Origin: a phage
DNA length: 64,000 nt
Reading direction: 5' to 3' (one strand)
Assembly (NCBI GenBank): GCA_024673055.1
Contig: GCA_024673055.1_4537.1
In this document: piece by piece, positions 30,538 through 40,465 of the stretch
Layout of the letters: every line of letters begins with the position of its first letter
Numbering within the stretch: the stretch's first letter is position 1
Translations under genes and position numbers: made by a program
The notes under the pieces: model-generated
What the model saw: only the letters and a program-made list of their open reading frames with translations
Told to the model about the DNA's origin: nothing
Databases searched by the model: none

Positions 30538-31010
30538 TAAATAACTCCTGCTAAAACTAAGCTACCTGTCCAAGTTGCACCATTATCATAACTGATAAAC
30601 TCAAAAGTGTCTGTTGCACCTTGACGATAACTCAAAACTGGGGAACGACCAAAACTCCATTTTACAGAAGAAGGCCATACGACTTTATTTGCGCCACTTC
30701 CTTGACGCAAAGCTAAAGTAAAGTTTAAAACTGCATTCGTTGCTACTGGAATATTAGTAAAACTAATTGTGCATGTTGCAGAAGATAAAGTTGCCGAAAA
30801 ATATTCTGCTGAACTAATATCTAATGCCAAGGTGCTAGTTACTGTTCCACGTGCATTTAAACGGTTTCTAGTTACCCCTGCACCACTCAACAGCACTTTC
30901 AAAGAAGTCTTCTTTGTTATTCCAGCCTGATCTGTTACAAAGAAATCTGTATCAGATACAGAGGTTGTTTGTGTAAGATCAGAAACTTTGATCGTAGTTA
31001 AATCTGCCAT
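30537..31010 (-). CDS. Hypothetical tail/baseplate protein
   Basis: 157 aa ORF with overlapping stop/start in the late operon. Confidence 0.45.
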   Translation of the reverse strand: MADLTTIKVSDLTQTTSVSDTDFFVTDQAGITKKTSLKVLLSGAGVTRNRLNARGTVTSTLALDISSAEYFSATLSSATCTISFTNIPVATNAVLNFTLALRQGSGANKVVWPSSVKWSFGRSPVLSYRQGATDTFEFISYDNGATWTGSLVLAGVI

Positions 31011-31636
31011 TATTCTTCTACTCCTGTCATAGCTGTTATACCGAAATTATTGTTTGTAGCTAATGCATCACCTTTTTCGTTAACCATGATTCTTTCCCCT
31101 GCTGACTCTGTAGACCATTCATTCCACCAAGTAGAGTAGGTATCACGTGGCAAACCAACAAAGTTGATAAAGCGATAAAGTCTATTCGAATTCTCAACAA
31201 TACTGTAAGCTTCACAAATGATCGCTGCATTGTCTTCACCAGCTTCAGGGTAAATAAACTCTTCAGAAGGTTGAGTATTGAATATGGATGTTACTGTATC
31301 TGCTCCAACTGTCACCATAACTGTCATTGAGTAATAACGTTGGTCCATGTCATAAGCAGATTTATAACTGTTTATTGTATCTATGTAAACGTTTTTGGCA
31401 ATCTCCGCTAAAAATATTCTGTCTACAATATCTTTCTTTCTAGCAACACCAATAATCTCTTGTAAGTAAGGAACACCGAAGTTAGTATTTAAAAACCACT
31501 CTCCACGATACGTGTTCAGAGTTATCCCAAGAGTTTGTGCTGCAATTTCTGTTCTGGTTGTGGTGAGGACCAAATCCCCATCATCCATGATGAGGTCGTT
31601 GTTTGGTCCAAGTTTTAAGTCAAAAGGGATTCCCAT
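31010..31636 (-). CDS. Putative baseplate protein
   Basis: 208 aa; adjacent to the spike gene. Confidence 0.4.
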   Translation of the reverse strand: MGIPFDLKLGPNNDLIMDDGDLVLTTTRTEIAAQTLGITLNTYRGEWFLNTNFGVPYLQEIIGVARKKDIVDRIFLAEIAKNVYIDTINSYKSAYDMDQRYYSMTVMVTVGADTVTSIFNTQPSEEFIYPEAGEDNAAIICEAYSIVENSNRLYRFINFVGLPRDTYSTWWNEWSTESAGERIMVNEKGDALATNNNFGITAMTGVEE

Positions 31637-31637
31637 G

Positions 31638-32372
31638 TTAGGCTCCTGTTGGTTTTAAGGACTCGGCACTTGAGCTACCGCTCTGAATGTTACGAACCGT
31701 GTGCGTGTGAGTATGGAATCCGATGCCATTACCATCTGTCATCAAACCGTTCTGATCTATTTTAAGACCATTGATATCTGCTACGCCGCCTTTGAAAGTT
31801 AAATTACCACCTTTTAGATCCAAAGTCCCTGTGCCATCTGTAATAGTAATACCAGAGGTAGTAATATCTATTTTCATCCCTTGACTATTCCATATTGAAA
31901 TATTACCTGTAGGGTCGAAAGAAGCGTACGTGTTTTTGTTATTAGAAATAACTACCTTTTCAGAATCTACAGCTTCTGTTGAATCTGTTCCTGTAGCTAT
32001 TTTGGGAATAAAACAAATAGGGTATAATCCACAAGGCTGCATAAAAGTGGATGATGAAGAGGTTTCCCCACTAGTTTGCAGTGCATTAGAAGGATCTCTT
32101 TCAGAAAATATAACAGTTCCTAAATCACCAGCTTTAATAGGGAATGAGATTCTTCCTGTCCCCCCGCCATTAACCATAAAAGGAACATCTTCAAAAGTAG
32201 GGTAATCTATTTCATCTTCACTAGATCGTGTGTTTTTAACAATAGATTCTAAAGTGACAGTTTTAGCACCATAATTAACGCCAGTCACACGGACTGGCAA
32301 GGCTGTATGGACTTCTGCTAATTGTTCTGTCATTAAGCCACGCATTGCTGTGACAAAATTCAATGCATCCAT
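31638..32372 (-). CDS. Putative baseplate central spike protein (gpV / gp5-like)
   Basis: C-terminal Gly-rich beta-helix-like repeats ending in an HTHTHT (HxH) motif, typical of metal-binding spike apex. Confidence 0.5.
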   Translation of the reverse strand: MDALNFVTAMRGLMTEQLAEVHTALPVRVTGVNYGAKTVTLESIVKNTRSSEDEIDYPTFEDVPFMVNGGGTGRISFPIKAGDLGTVIFSERDPSNALQTSGETSSSSTFMQPCGLYPICFIPKIATGTDSTEAVDSEKVVISNNKNTYASFDPTGNISIWNSQGMKIDITTSGITITDGTGTLDLKGGNLTFKGGVADINGLKIDQNGLMTDGNGIGFHTHTHTVRNIQSGSSSAESLKPTGA

Positions 32373-33382
32373 TATTTCTCCTTAGTCATTATTTCAGACA
32401 CGGATACACACTCCACTTCAGTAACCCACTCTTTACCCTCTTTATCACCATTGTGAGAAACAGAGACAACTTTAAATGGACCATCATAATCTCGGCTTTT
32501 TAACCAGATTGTTTTTTCTGGTAAAATTGCACCGTTCATTTGGCATTTAAATTTAACACCATCTGTAGGTTTCTTTGCCTTCTTAGAGGACTTGGTAACT
32601 TTTTTAGTAGGTTTTATATCGTTGTGGAATGGTTCTGGACTTCCTATCAGACCAGTTTCAGGGCTAATATAGGCGCTACGTGCACTAGACATTTGTGAAC
32701 GAGGAGTGACATAAACAGATCCATCTTGTATTGACACATTGTGATCAATACTTTTACAAATATGTTCTAGGTAATGTGAAGTGTTTCCACACATAGCTGT
32801 TGCTGAGGATAAGGTTTGATCATTATCTACGTGTATATTACCTTCTGTAGTTCCTAAATCCTTTACCAAATCTGTCACAACACGTTTGATTTTAGTTCCT
32901 TTTGGATAACTGCGGCTTGTTCTTGCTTCTGCAATGTTAATACCGCCATCCAAACAGTGTAAAGTGGTTTTCCTGTCTACCGAGTCAAAAGTATCACTAA
33001 CCCACTGGATAGTTCCTTTGAAGACCATAACCAACTCTTCACCTTCGTATCCTACCGCTAAAGCAACAGCCAAGTTATTTCGGATACCACGGTTTATATA
33101 GTTAACAGTATCATCCGAAAGGTTATAAACTACAATCTCTGCTTGGTTAGGATCTTTGTTATTATCTTTCTTAATACTGAAGGTTATTTGATGGTCTTGC
33201 AACAAATACAAATTAGAAGAGGATTTTTCTGTTGTTCCTAACTTGGTATCCAAATCTACTGTAGATTTAAATGCCGAGTTCTTAGTTCTCTTCTGTATTG
33301 TGTTTGTGGCAGAACCAATTAATAATTTGTATGCCCTGTTTAAATTAGGGGCAGGAGCTTTTGTATACTCTCTTTCTGCCAT
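32372..33382 (-). CDS. Hypothetical tail protein
   Basis: 336 aa ORF in the late operon. Confidence 0.4.
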   Translation of the reverse strand: MAEREYTKAPAPNLNRAYKLLIGSATNTIQKRTKNSAFKSTVDLDTKLGTTEKSSSNLYLLQDHQITFSIKKDNNKDPNQAEIVVYNLSDDTVNYINRGIRNNLAVALAVGYEGEELVMVFKGTIQWVSDTFDSVDRKTTLHCLDGGINIAEARTSRSYPKGTKIKRVVTDLVKDLGTTEGNIHVDNDQTLSSATAMCGNTSHYLEHICKSIDHNVSIQDGSVYVTPRSQMSSARSAYISPETGLIGSPEPFHNDIKPTKKVTKSSKKAKKPTDGVKFKCQMNGAILPEKTIWLKSRDYDGPFKVVSVSHNGDKEGKEWVTEVECVSVSEIMTKEK

Positions 33383-33391
33383 ATTATCTCC

Positions 33392-33805
33392 TTACGCCTG
33401 ATTAGGTTTGTTATCAATATAAACCAATACAAAACGTTTATCTCGACCTGTAGTTGTATACCCAGGACGACCATTAATCTTAACTGTATCTACTATATAC
33501 AATTGACCATCTGGCACACTTTCAAGATATTTATAAGGTTTAAGAAGATCTAAACCATTTGTAACTTTGAAACTTATACTTGGATCATCTCCAGATAATC
33601 CCATCTGACATTGCCAAGATTCGTCCCTAGTGTTCCACCTTAAACGAATGTCATAATCAACTCCATCCAATGTAACTGTATATGTTTGATCAGGATACTC
33701 TTCAGTTTTCAGATACCATGCAAAATAAGTAGAATGGTCCTCCAGATAAACTGCACTGTAGCCTGTATTACTTGTAGACCTTGTTGTTTTAGAATAAGTT
33801 GTCAC
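33392..33805 (-). CDS. Hypothetical tail protein
   Basis: 137 aa ORF in the late operon. Confidence 0.45.
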   Translation of the reverse strand: MTTYSKTTRSTSNTGYSAVYLEDHSTYFAWYLKTEEYPDQTYTVTLDGVDYDIRLRWNTRDESWQCQMGLSGDDPSISFKVTNGLDLLKPYKYLESVPDGQLYIVDTVKINGRPGYTTTGRDKRFVLVYIDNKPNQA

Positions 33806-33807
33806 TA

Positions 33808-34509
33808 TTAACCTCCGTTGTTTGTTGGGGTATTAGTAGCTTCAGCAGTTCTTACTGTAATATCTGACTTAGGACCATTCGAAGCAACTTGACCTTTCAC
33901 ATCACCACCAGTTGACTTATTTGGTGCTGTTTTTACAGCAATAGCGTTAGTAGTGGCCTTAGAAACGAGACGGATTTGTTCAAACTCTAAATCAAATTGC
34001 ATAGCAAATTCAGATTTATAATCATACGAATAACCTTTGAGAATAACATTTTCAAAAGTTCTGTGTTCTGTCAAAAGAACTATTGGTTGTCTTGACTCAA
34101 ATATTTGATCTAGATACTCTATTGCTTGAGAAATCCTAGCACCATTTACACCTGCACTGTATAATTGATCTCGCATAAGCCGAATTGGTGTTTCGGTAAT
34201 TATACCTGAAAGTTTAAATCTGTTGTTTTTTATTTGAACGTGGTCACTTACATCCGATCCTGATTCTACTGGAAAACTTGTGACATCTGCCTCACGAGTT
34301 ACACCTATTTCAGGGACTGAATCGAAAGTAATTGCTTTAAAGTTTTGAATGTATTGATCACTTGAACTATTATAAACACTTGCTAAAATGCAGAAACCAT
34401 TATCACCCTTTACAGTAGATGCCGAGGTATTTTTATTCTCGGTAGAGTTGATTTCCTGTTCTGCCTTATAGACGGCTCTCACCGACTGTTGTGGAGTCAT
34501 TGCTGCCAT
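33808..34509 (-). CDS. Hypothetical tail protein
   Basis: 233 aa ORF; first gene after an internal promoter. Confidence 0.45.
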   Translation of the reverse strand: MAAMTPQQSVRAVYKAEQEINSTENKNTSASTVKGDNGFCILASVYNSSSDQYIQNFKAITFDSVPEIGVTREADVTSFPVESGSDVSDHVQIKNNRFKLSGIITETPIRLMRDQLYSAGVNGARISQAIEYLDQIFESRQPIVLLTEHRTFENVILKGYSYDYKSEFAMQFDLEFEQIRLVSKATTNAIAVKTAPNKSTGGDVKGQVASNGPKSDITVRTAEATNTPTNNGG

Positions 34510-34539
34510 GATAACCTCGTAGTAATGATAATGCCAAAA

Positions 34540-34558
34540 GGAAGATGCAAGATCTTCC
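34540..34558 (-). promoter_or_regulatory. 5'-proximal stem-loop in leader (stabiliser or attenuator candidate)
   Basis: GGAAGAT-CTTGC-ATCTTCC hairpin then UUUUGG, between the predicted transcription start and the RBS of 33808..34509. Confidence 0.35.
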
Positions 34559-34568
34559 CATATTGATT

Positions 34569-34598
34569 ATTGTAACACATATAGAAACTTCGTGTCAA
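34569..34598 (-). promoter_or_regulatory. Sigma70-like promoter (minus strand)
   Basis: On the minus strand TTGACA, 17 bp, TACAAT, immediately downstream of the tape-measure terminator. Confidence 0.55.
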
Positions 34599-34600
34599 GG

Positions 34601-34628
34601 GAAACGAAAAAACCCCGCCGAAGCGAGG
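34601..34628 (-). terminator. Rho-independent terminator (minus strand) after tape-measure gene
   Basis: On the minus strand CCUCGC-UUCG-GCGGGG followed by UUUUUUCGUUUC. Confidence 0.6.
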
Positions 34629-34635
34629 TATTTTA

Positions 34636-36624
34636 TTAACCACCAGTGTTAGATTGTCCACTTAGAGTTGAAAGAGACAAACGTTGGAAAATGCTATTTC
34701 CGCTATTTTGAATTCTTGCATCAAGAATATTTCCAAACTCGGAAGAAGGACTGATCGTAACTTTGATAAGATCACTTGGTATTGCTACCGTATTCTCAAC
34801 AACAGGTTGATTACGAGCCAAACTTACGTTAGGTGTATAGGCTGATTCACGTAAATCTTCAAGAGGATTACCAAATCCAAAAGCACGTGTCCTTGTTTGT
34901 TCTCCTCTCCACATACGACCAATATCTTGTGTATCAATGCCTGTTAAATTGTACAACCAATCTGCTACAGGATTGCTGTCTCCACTTTGCGTTGCCTCGT
35001 ATGCTTTTTGTGCCATAGATTTATTAGGATCTGTGTTGTCTCCGAATGTATCTGGGAATGTTTCTTTAAGCCAATTGGTAAAAGATCCGAAACCATCTCC
35101 CAATTCTTTAGCAAAACCTCCTAATTGAACTGTTGTCTTACCGAGTTCTTCACCTAAATCTTTGGCAAACTGATCTAACACTTTAACGTTATCCAACCAA
35201 GAATCATCTTTAGGTAACGCTTTCACAAAACCCTCTAAGAAGTGGTTCTGCATACCTTGACCTACAAGCTGAACTGTTGCAGCAAAACGAGTAAACTCCT
35301 TAGAAGCATCTATTTGTTCTTGAGTTAATGTTGCACCTGTTCTTTGAAGCATTTTCAATACTTCATTGTATCCTTCGCCGTTTTTACTAAACATACGTTG
35401 GTAGTGCATAAGGTCATCACCAAGGTTTTCAAGAAGTCGCCCGATTTGAGCAGAGTTCATACCTCGACGCTCACCTTCATTAACAGTAGCCTGAATAAAA
35501 GCTAAAGGATCGTTCTGTAAAGGTTTAAGCTGTTCTGGATTCCATCCAAACAAGTTCATAATGTCAGTTATGCCATTATCACCGCCTTTCCACTTCCCTT
35601 CTTTCTCATTCCACTTTGCAGCTAAAACGGTATTACCAAGACGTTCACGAACGTCTTTAATATTATCTATTGATTTAATAATATTTGCAGAGTCTACACC
35701 GTTCTGTTCACCCCAAGCTGTCATTGCCAAAATAGCGTTGGCGTTTGTCTGAACGTTTTCAGCGCCACGACTTACAAGCTTAATTCTTTCGTTAGTATTC
35801 ATCAACGTGTTACCAACTACAGAACCACCTGCAAACAACCCAGCACCTATTAAAGAGGATGCAATCATGCGTGGATTAAGACCTGCTGCACCTTCTTTTA
35901 ATTGTCCGTATCTACGATCACGATCACGTTTTTGTTGCGCTAATTCACGCTTACGGTTGCGTTCTATATCTCTAAGTTCACGATTTCGCATACGTATACG
36001 CATTTTAGCTTCTGCTTCTAGCTCTCTACGAATACGGCGACGACCGCGAACCTCGTCTTCTATTTCAGCATTCTTTTCACGATGAGATCTGCGTAAGGCA
36101 TCTAACTGGTGAGCAAGAGCTTGGTTCATACGTTGAAGAGTTATTTCACCCTTTTTGTATTGCTCTACAGCTTTACCCATAACGTCTCTAGCTTCTTGCA
36201 TAGCGCCAGGACTAGCTTTACTAAATGCTCTTGCTCGATAGTTAAAGTTCTGCAAACGAAGATTACCTAAATCTTCCCTACGTGCTGCTGCTTTAGCTTC
36301 GCGTTCAGCAGCTTTACGAGCTTTTTCTTCTTCTCTTCCTTGCGGGGTTTTAGGAGTTCTAGGTCTACCAGATCCACCTACAGGAGCACCCGCTCCAGCG
36401 GGAGTAGGTGCTCGCATAGGTTTTTGACTTTGAGTTTGAGCTTTCTTAAGTTCACGCTCAATCTCTTTCATTTGTTGTCTAAACTTGGTCATGTTCATAG
36501 TGGGTTGCATTTTATTTGCAAACTTCTGAACACTCAACACGGCATCTTTTGCTTCCTTGAGACTGTTCTTGTCCACCTTAAACGTAACCACGTTACTAAT
36601 TTTGGAGGCGTTAATTTCTAACAA
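34636..36624 (-). CDS. Tail tape measure protein
   Basis: 662 aa, extended Arg/Lys/Glu-rich coiled-coil regions, Gly-rich hydrophobic segment (LIGAGLFAGGSVVGN); follows the chaperone genes. Confidence 0.6.
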   Translation of the reverse strand: MLEINASKISNVVTFKVDKNSLKEAKDAVLSVQKFANKMQPTMNMTKFRQQMKEIERELKKAQTQSQKPMRAPTPAGAGAPVGGSGRPRTPKTPQGREEEKARKAAEREAKAAARREDLGNLRLQNFNYRARAFSKASPGAMQEARDVMGKAVEQYKKGEITLQRMNQALAHQLDALRRSHREKNAEIEDEVRGRRRIRRELEAEAKMRIRMRNRELRDIERNRKRELAQQKRDRDRRYGQLKEGAAGLNPRMIASSLIGAGLFAGGSVVGNTLMNTNERIKLVSRGAENVQTNANAILAMTAWGEQNGVDSANIIKSIDNIKDVRERLGNTVLAAKWNEKEGKWKGGDNGITDIMNLFGWNPEQLKPLQNDPLAFIQATVNEGERRGMNSAQIGRLLENLGDDLMHYQRMFSKNGEGYNEVLKMLQRTGATLTQEQIDASKEFTRFAATVQLVGQGMQNHFLEGFVKALPKDDSWLDNVKVLDQFAKDLGEELGKTTVQLGGFAKELGDGFGSFTNWLKETFPDTFGDNTDPNKSMAQKAYEATQSGDSNPVADWLYNLTGIDTQDIGRMWRGEQTRTRAFGFGNPLEDLRESAYTPNVSLARNQPVVENTVAIPSDLIKVTISPSSEFGNILDARIQNSGNSIFQRLSLSTLSGQSNTGG

Positions 36625-36644
36625 AGTATGTTCCTCGTGTTGGA

Positions 36645-36863
36645 TTAAACAAGTTTCTTAAACAAATCTGACATTTTATTTGTCTGGTTTTGATGTTTTC
36701 TCTTTATTGAAGTGTCTTTAACATACATGGCTTCAACATACTCTTCGTATGTTAAATACTCATATAGTTTTAAAAGATAATCTACACCGTAGTTATCCAA
36801 TGTTTTCAGTGTTTCCGAGGTATCTTTAACGACTTTGCAAAGAATAACCTCATACCACTTCAA
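36645..36863 (-). CDS. Tail assembly chaperone, frameshift-extension ORF
   Basis: The -1 frame after a slippery site in 36911..37393 reads through without a stop into this ORF. Confidence 0.5.
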   Translation of the reverse strand: MKWYEVILCKVVKDTSETLKTLDNYGVDYLLKLYEYLTYEEYVEAMYVKDTSIKRKHQNQTNKMSDLFKKLV

Positions 36864-36910
36864 AGTAAGGGTTTTCGTTGCTGTGTCGATAGCATGTTCA
36901 ATCGCAGGTG

Positions 36911-37393
36911 TTAATTTGCTGCTAAACTCGTCATCGCCTGAAGCTGTGTGAACAGTTTTCCGAAACCTCGTTTGAAAAAAGGGCCGTAGTTTACCTCCAG
37001 AACTTTAGCAGTAAGATCTAACACTAGTTCTGGGTGAGCCATAAATAATTCATCAAAATTTTCTGCAACGTTATAACCGTCTTGAGTATAAACCTCATCT
37101 AAAATTTTACGCAAAAAGACAGTTAAATTCTTTTCTTCCAAACCTGCAAAAAGTTGGATCAGTGCCATAGCAATACGCGACTCAAGGTCTTCGTCTGCGG
37201 ACATTGTTGCTGTGCTATACATAGTCATAGGAACAACCAGAACACTACCTAATTCTGGAATCCTGTCAAACACTTTAGATGGACTCCACTTCATAATACG
37301 GAAAGTAACAGATCTGTTTCCATCTAACGGAATCTCAACTACTTCTTCTGGTCGAGCATATTTTTGAATTGTGTTATCTTGTTCTTGTGACAT
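36911..37393 (-). CDS. Tail assembly chaperone
   Basis: 160 aa acidic protein between the tube gene and the tape-measure gene, with a frameshift signature. Confidence 0.5.
   Translation of the reverse strand: MSQEQDNTIQKYARPEEVVEIPLDGNRSVTFRIMKWSPSKVFDRIPELGSVLVVPMTMYSTATMSADEDLESRIAMALIQLFAGLEEKNLTVFLRKILDEVYTQDGYNVAENFDELFMAHPELVLDLTAKVLEVNYGPFFKRGFGKLFTQLQAMTSLAAN
36974..36980 (-). other. Candidate programmed -1 ribosomal frameshift site (slippery heptamer U UUU UUC)
   Basis: In-frame codons CCU UUU UUC about 25 codons before the chaperone stop; the -1 frame is open into the downstream 72 aa ORF. Confidence 0.45.
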
Positions 37394-37411
37394 ATTTTCC
37401 TCTCTAATGAT

Positions 37412-37435
37412 AAAAAGGGCATTTCTGCCCTTTAT
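37412..37435 (-). terminator. Rho-independent terminator (minus strand) after tail tube gene
   Basis: AGGGCA-TTTC-TGCCCT hairpin with a T-rich tract on the minus strand. Confidence 0.5.
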
Positions 37436-37438
37436 TTA

Positions 37439-37918
37439 TTATTGAATTGTCAGAGCAGAGATTGAGTTAAGGGTGCTCAAACCTACACCAACTTCATTAC
37501 GCAGAAGGCTTGCATCTTTAAGACCAATAACCCATTGGTTCTCTGTAATCATTTCGCCAATAGTATCTTCAGGCTGACTTTGAATCCATCCAATCGTGCT
37601 AATGTAATAGCCACGTGGGTCTTCTAAATAAACACTGAACGCTACTTGACGAGTAGAATACATTGTTTGTGCATATGTTGCAAGTACTTCGTTAGCTGGA
37701 GATGTGCGTTGCAAAGACATTGTGAGTGTTCCCAAACGGTTACGACTCAAAGCTAGTGAAACGTCGCCATCAGTCCCTGCATAAGGGTTGATAATATCGT
37801 TAGATTTAGCAATAACGATTTTAGTATCAGCCGCAAAACCCCACGGTTCCCAACCACCTAATGAAAGGATAACTTGAGATGGGTCGTAGGCCATTACGCC
37901 AGTAAGCATTTTATCCAT
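37439..37918 (-). CDS. Putative tail tube protein
   Basis: 159 aa ORF directly after the sheath-size gene and followed by a terminator. Inferred from synteny. Confidence 0.4.
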   Translation of the reverse strand: MDKMLTGVMAYDPSQVILSLGGWEPWGFAADTKIVIAKSNDIINPYAGTDGDVSLALSRNRLGTLTMSLQRTSPANEVLATYAQTMYSTRQVAFSVYLEDPRGYYISTIGWIQSQPEDTIGEMITENQWVIGLKDASLLRNEVGVGLSTLNSISALTIQ

Positions 37919-37964
37919 TATAGATCCTCTTTATTTTGATAACGGGGGCTTAACCCCCGCCGTA

Positions 37965-39338
37965 TTAGTTTGCAGTACGGTTAGTCAGGACGTTGACCTG
38001 AACTTTAACGTAATGGAAGAAGCCAGCGTAAACATATTCAATCTTCATCCCATCTACCAGACGAGCATTGATTTGCGCATCAGTCATATCGGCACGAGAA
38101 GGAATATAAACAATAGGTTTCAGATCGACACGCAAACCAGTCTCTTCAGAAGTAACAACTTCATTAGCGATGGAACCGTTGAGGATACCTACTTGGATCG
38201 GGTTAGCCAGAACAGCTTGTCGAATCAAAGCCAGACCGTTTGAAGTAGCACGAACACCACCACCCAGCATAGACTGTTGTTTAAACAGTGTAAACAGTGA
38301 TTCTTCTGTGCGAGCTTTAAACCACAAAGCATGAACAACATAGTCAACAAAGAAACCGCTAACCATCAATCCATCACGATAGAACAGAGTTCCATGCTCT
38401 TTACGATAGATGTTACCGTTCTGTTGAACAATATTGTTTTCCGAAGTCTGATCCAGTTTCTCGATCTCTACACCTACCAGTGTTTTACCGTGAAGAGTAG
38501 TTAAACCAGGTTGACGAGAACAGATTGCACCAACAACTGCTGCTTCTGGGAATACAGAATCTGCATCGGTCATCCACAAAGCAAAGCAAGTGTTATTATA
38601 ACCGAGGTCATTCAGTCGTTCCAGAACGTTATCTTCTGCTTTCGTTTTAATTCCAGGTTCAGAGCTAGAGAAGAAGTAAACTTTATCATTCTCTTCTACC
38701 CATGCAGCCAAAGCTAGAACATCTTCTGTTTCATGGGAATCTGAAAGGGTCCAGAACCAGCTACTATCAATATCATGCAGAGCAGCGATATCTTCCGTAA
38801 TAGCATTAGCATAGACAGTTTCTTGAGTGAAACCTGTGCTGTCAATAGAACCAAACTTACCTTCTACTGGAGTGAAAGTCATTGCAGCGCCGTTGTTAGC
38901 TACTGTAAACAGTGGGCCATAAACAAGATCTGCATTGATCATTTCAGTCAGACCAACTACAATCTCTTGTGCAGTTGCAGTGTCATCAGCAATGAATTTA
39001 AATTCTTTTTTCTTGGTACCATTTTTGATGGTAATTGTGTAAGTTGCACTATCTTCTACGATTGGAGTTAGAGTAAAGTTTGTAACTTCACGCTTACCAA
39101 CCATAACTTGATCTGGTGGGAACAAACCGTTAAACAGTTTGACTGCCATAATATACGCTGGATCATTTAATCCATAACCTGCTTCCAAAAGTGCATCGGA
39201 AGAAGAGTAATATTGAATCGCTTCGCCAGTTACGTTCTGACCTGTAAGGATCAGGGGAATATCGAACTGGGTTTCACGAATTGATGTAGCACCATACAGT
39301 AAAGTTACGGTTGCTACCTTTTCACGAAAAGTTGCCAT
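37965..39338 (-). CDS. Putative tail sheath protein
   Basis: 457 aa ORF upstream of tube/chaperone/tape-measure genes. Inferred from synteny. Confidence 0.4.
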   Translation of the reverse strand: MATFREKVATVTLLYGATSIRETQFDIPLILTGQNVTGEAIQYYSSSDALLEAGYGLNDPAYIMAVKLFNGLFPPDQVMVGKREVTNFTLTPIVEDSATYTITIKNGTKKKEFKFIADDTATAQEIVVGLTEMINADLVYGPLFTVANNGAAMTFTPVEGKFGSIDSTGFTQETVYANAITEDIAALHDIDSSWFWTLSDSHETEDVLALAAWVEENDKVYFFSSSEPGIKTKAEDNVLERLNDLGYNNTCFALWMTDADSVFPEAAVVGAICSRQPGLTTLHGKTLVGVEIEKLDQTSENNIVQQNGNIYRKEHGTLFYRDGLMVSGFFVDYVVHALWFKARTEESLFTLFKQQSMLGGGVRATSNGLALIRQAVLANPIQVGILNGSIANEVVTSEETGLRVDLKPIVYIPSRADMTDAQINARLVDGMKIEYVYAGFFHYVKVQVNVLTNRTAN

Positions 39339-39372
39339 TTATGCTCCTGTTAGAAACTTAATTCCAATGAGT

Positions 39373-40032
39373 TTATTCGGTAGGGTTGTTAAATAATGAT
39401 CCATTTTGATTGACTGACGAGTATTCGCCTGGAACCAAAGTAATTGCATAAACCCTGTTTAGAATTAAATCTAAAGGGATAGGATCATTGTAACTATCTC
39501 TGAATGAACGGATGTGCATGTTGATTGCTTCTATTGGTGTAGTAGCAATATCTTCAATACTCATACGAGTGTTGAACGTCATAACCATACGCGCTCTTAA
39601 TTCAGTCTTATCTCCGTCTACAATTGTATTGGCTTGAGCTATATTGGAGGCTCCTAAAAAACCAAGACCTTTAGAATAGAGATGTTTGTATTTTAATTCC
39701 TCTGCACCACGGAGAGCAGCCAGAACATAGCTCATCAAAGTGGTAGGTCTTCCACGATAGGCTACAAGTTCAATCTCGTAGGTATTATCCATCTCGTAGG
39801 AATACATGTCATTTTGAATAGAGCTTCGGTAAGACCAACCTCCAGAATCGCTGGAAGTGATAATACGTAGTGCTAGGTAAGGAGTATCCGGTTTAATGAA
39901 TGGCTTATCCATAACATAGACTGGCAACCCCACTAATTCTTGAAGGAAGCCACCTATATTTAAGTAGATGGCATTTTCGTATGCTTCTATTTGTTGGTAA
40001 ATATTAGCCAAAGTTCCCTCCTTCTGTTCCAT
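39373..40032 (-). CDS. Hypothetical head-tail joining / tail completion protein
   Basis: 219 aa ORF between capsid and sheath genes. Confidence 0.45.
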   Translation of the reverse strand: MEQKEGTLANIYQQIEAYENAIYLNIGGFLQELVGLPVYVMDKPFIKPDTPYLALRIITSSDSGGWSYRSSIQNDMYSYEMDNTYEIELVAYRGRPTTLMSYVLAALRGAEELKYKHLYSKGLGFLGASNIAQANTIVDGDKTELRARMVMTFNTRMSIEDIATTPIEAINMHIRSFRDSYNDPIPLDLILNRVYAITLVPGEYSSVNQNGSLFNNPTE

Positions 40033-40453
40033 AAGACCAGGAGTTGTTTTGATCGTCTAATATTGCAACACAGTGATGATGGACTAAGAAAGATGTTCTG
40101 GTCCAATCTTTAAGGGAATAAACAGAATACCATTTACCATCTATCAATATTTGATCTGATAACTGTTCTGTTCCTTGTTGTAACCCCTTCATTTCTGTTT
40201 TAGTCCAGAAACTATATTGAGCCTTAGATCTGTAACCTTCGGGTAGTGCATTCAGTGTTTTACCAGATATCGGTTGTAAGCTTGCCGCTTCAATAGTAAA
40301 TGGTTCATATTCTACACTACTTTCTAAGTTAGCAATAACTGAACCAACAGCCTCTTTGTAGACTCGTCTACGACCTTGGTATTCAGTTAGATCAAGGAGA
40401 GTAAATTGATCTAGTAACACTTGTATCTCCTTTTTAGTATACATCAAAAACAA
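40004..40453 (-). CDS. Hypothetical head-tail joining protein
   Basis: 149 aa ORF; small overlap with the downstream gene. Confidence 0.45.
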   Translation of the reverse strand: MFLMYTKKEIQVLLDQFTLLDLTEYQGRRRVYKEAVGSVIANLESSVEYEPFTIEAASLQPISGKTLNALPEGYRSKAQYSFWTKTEMKGLQQGTEQLSDQILIDGKWYSVYSLKDWTRTSFLVHHHCVAILDDQNNSWSYGTEGGNFG

Positions 40454-40465
40454 AGTTTATGCAAG

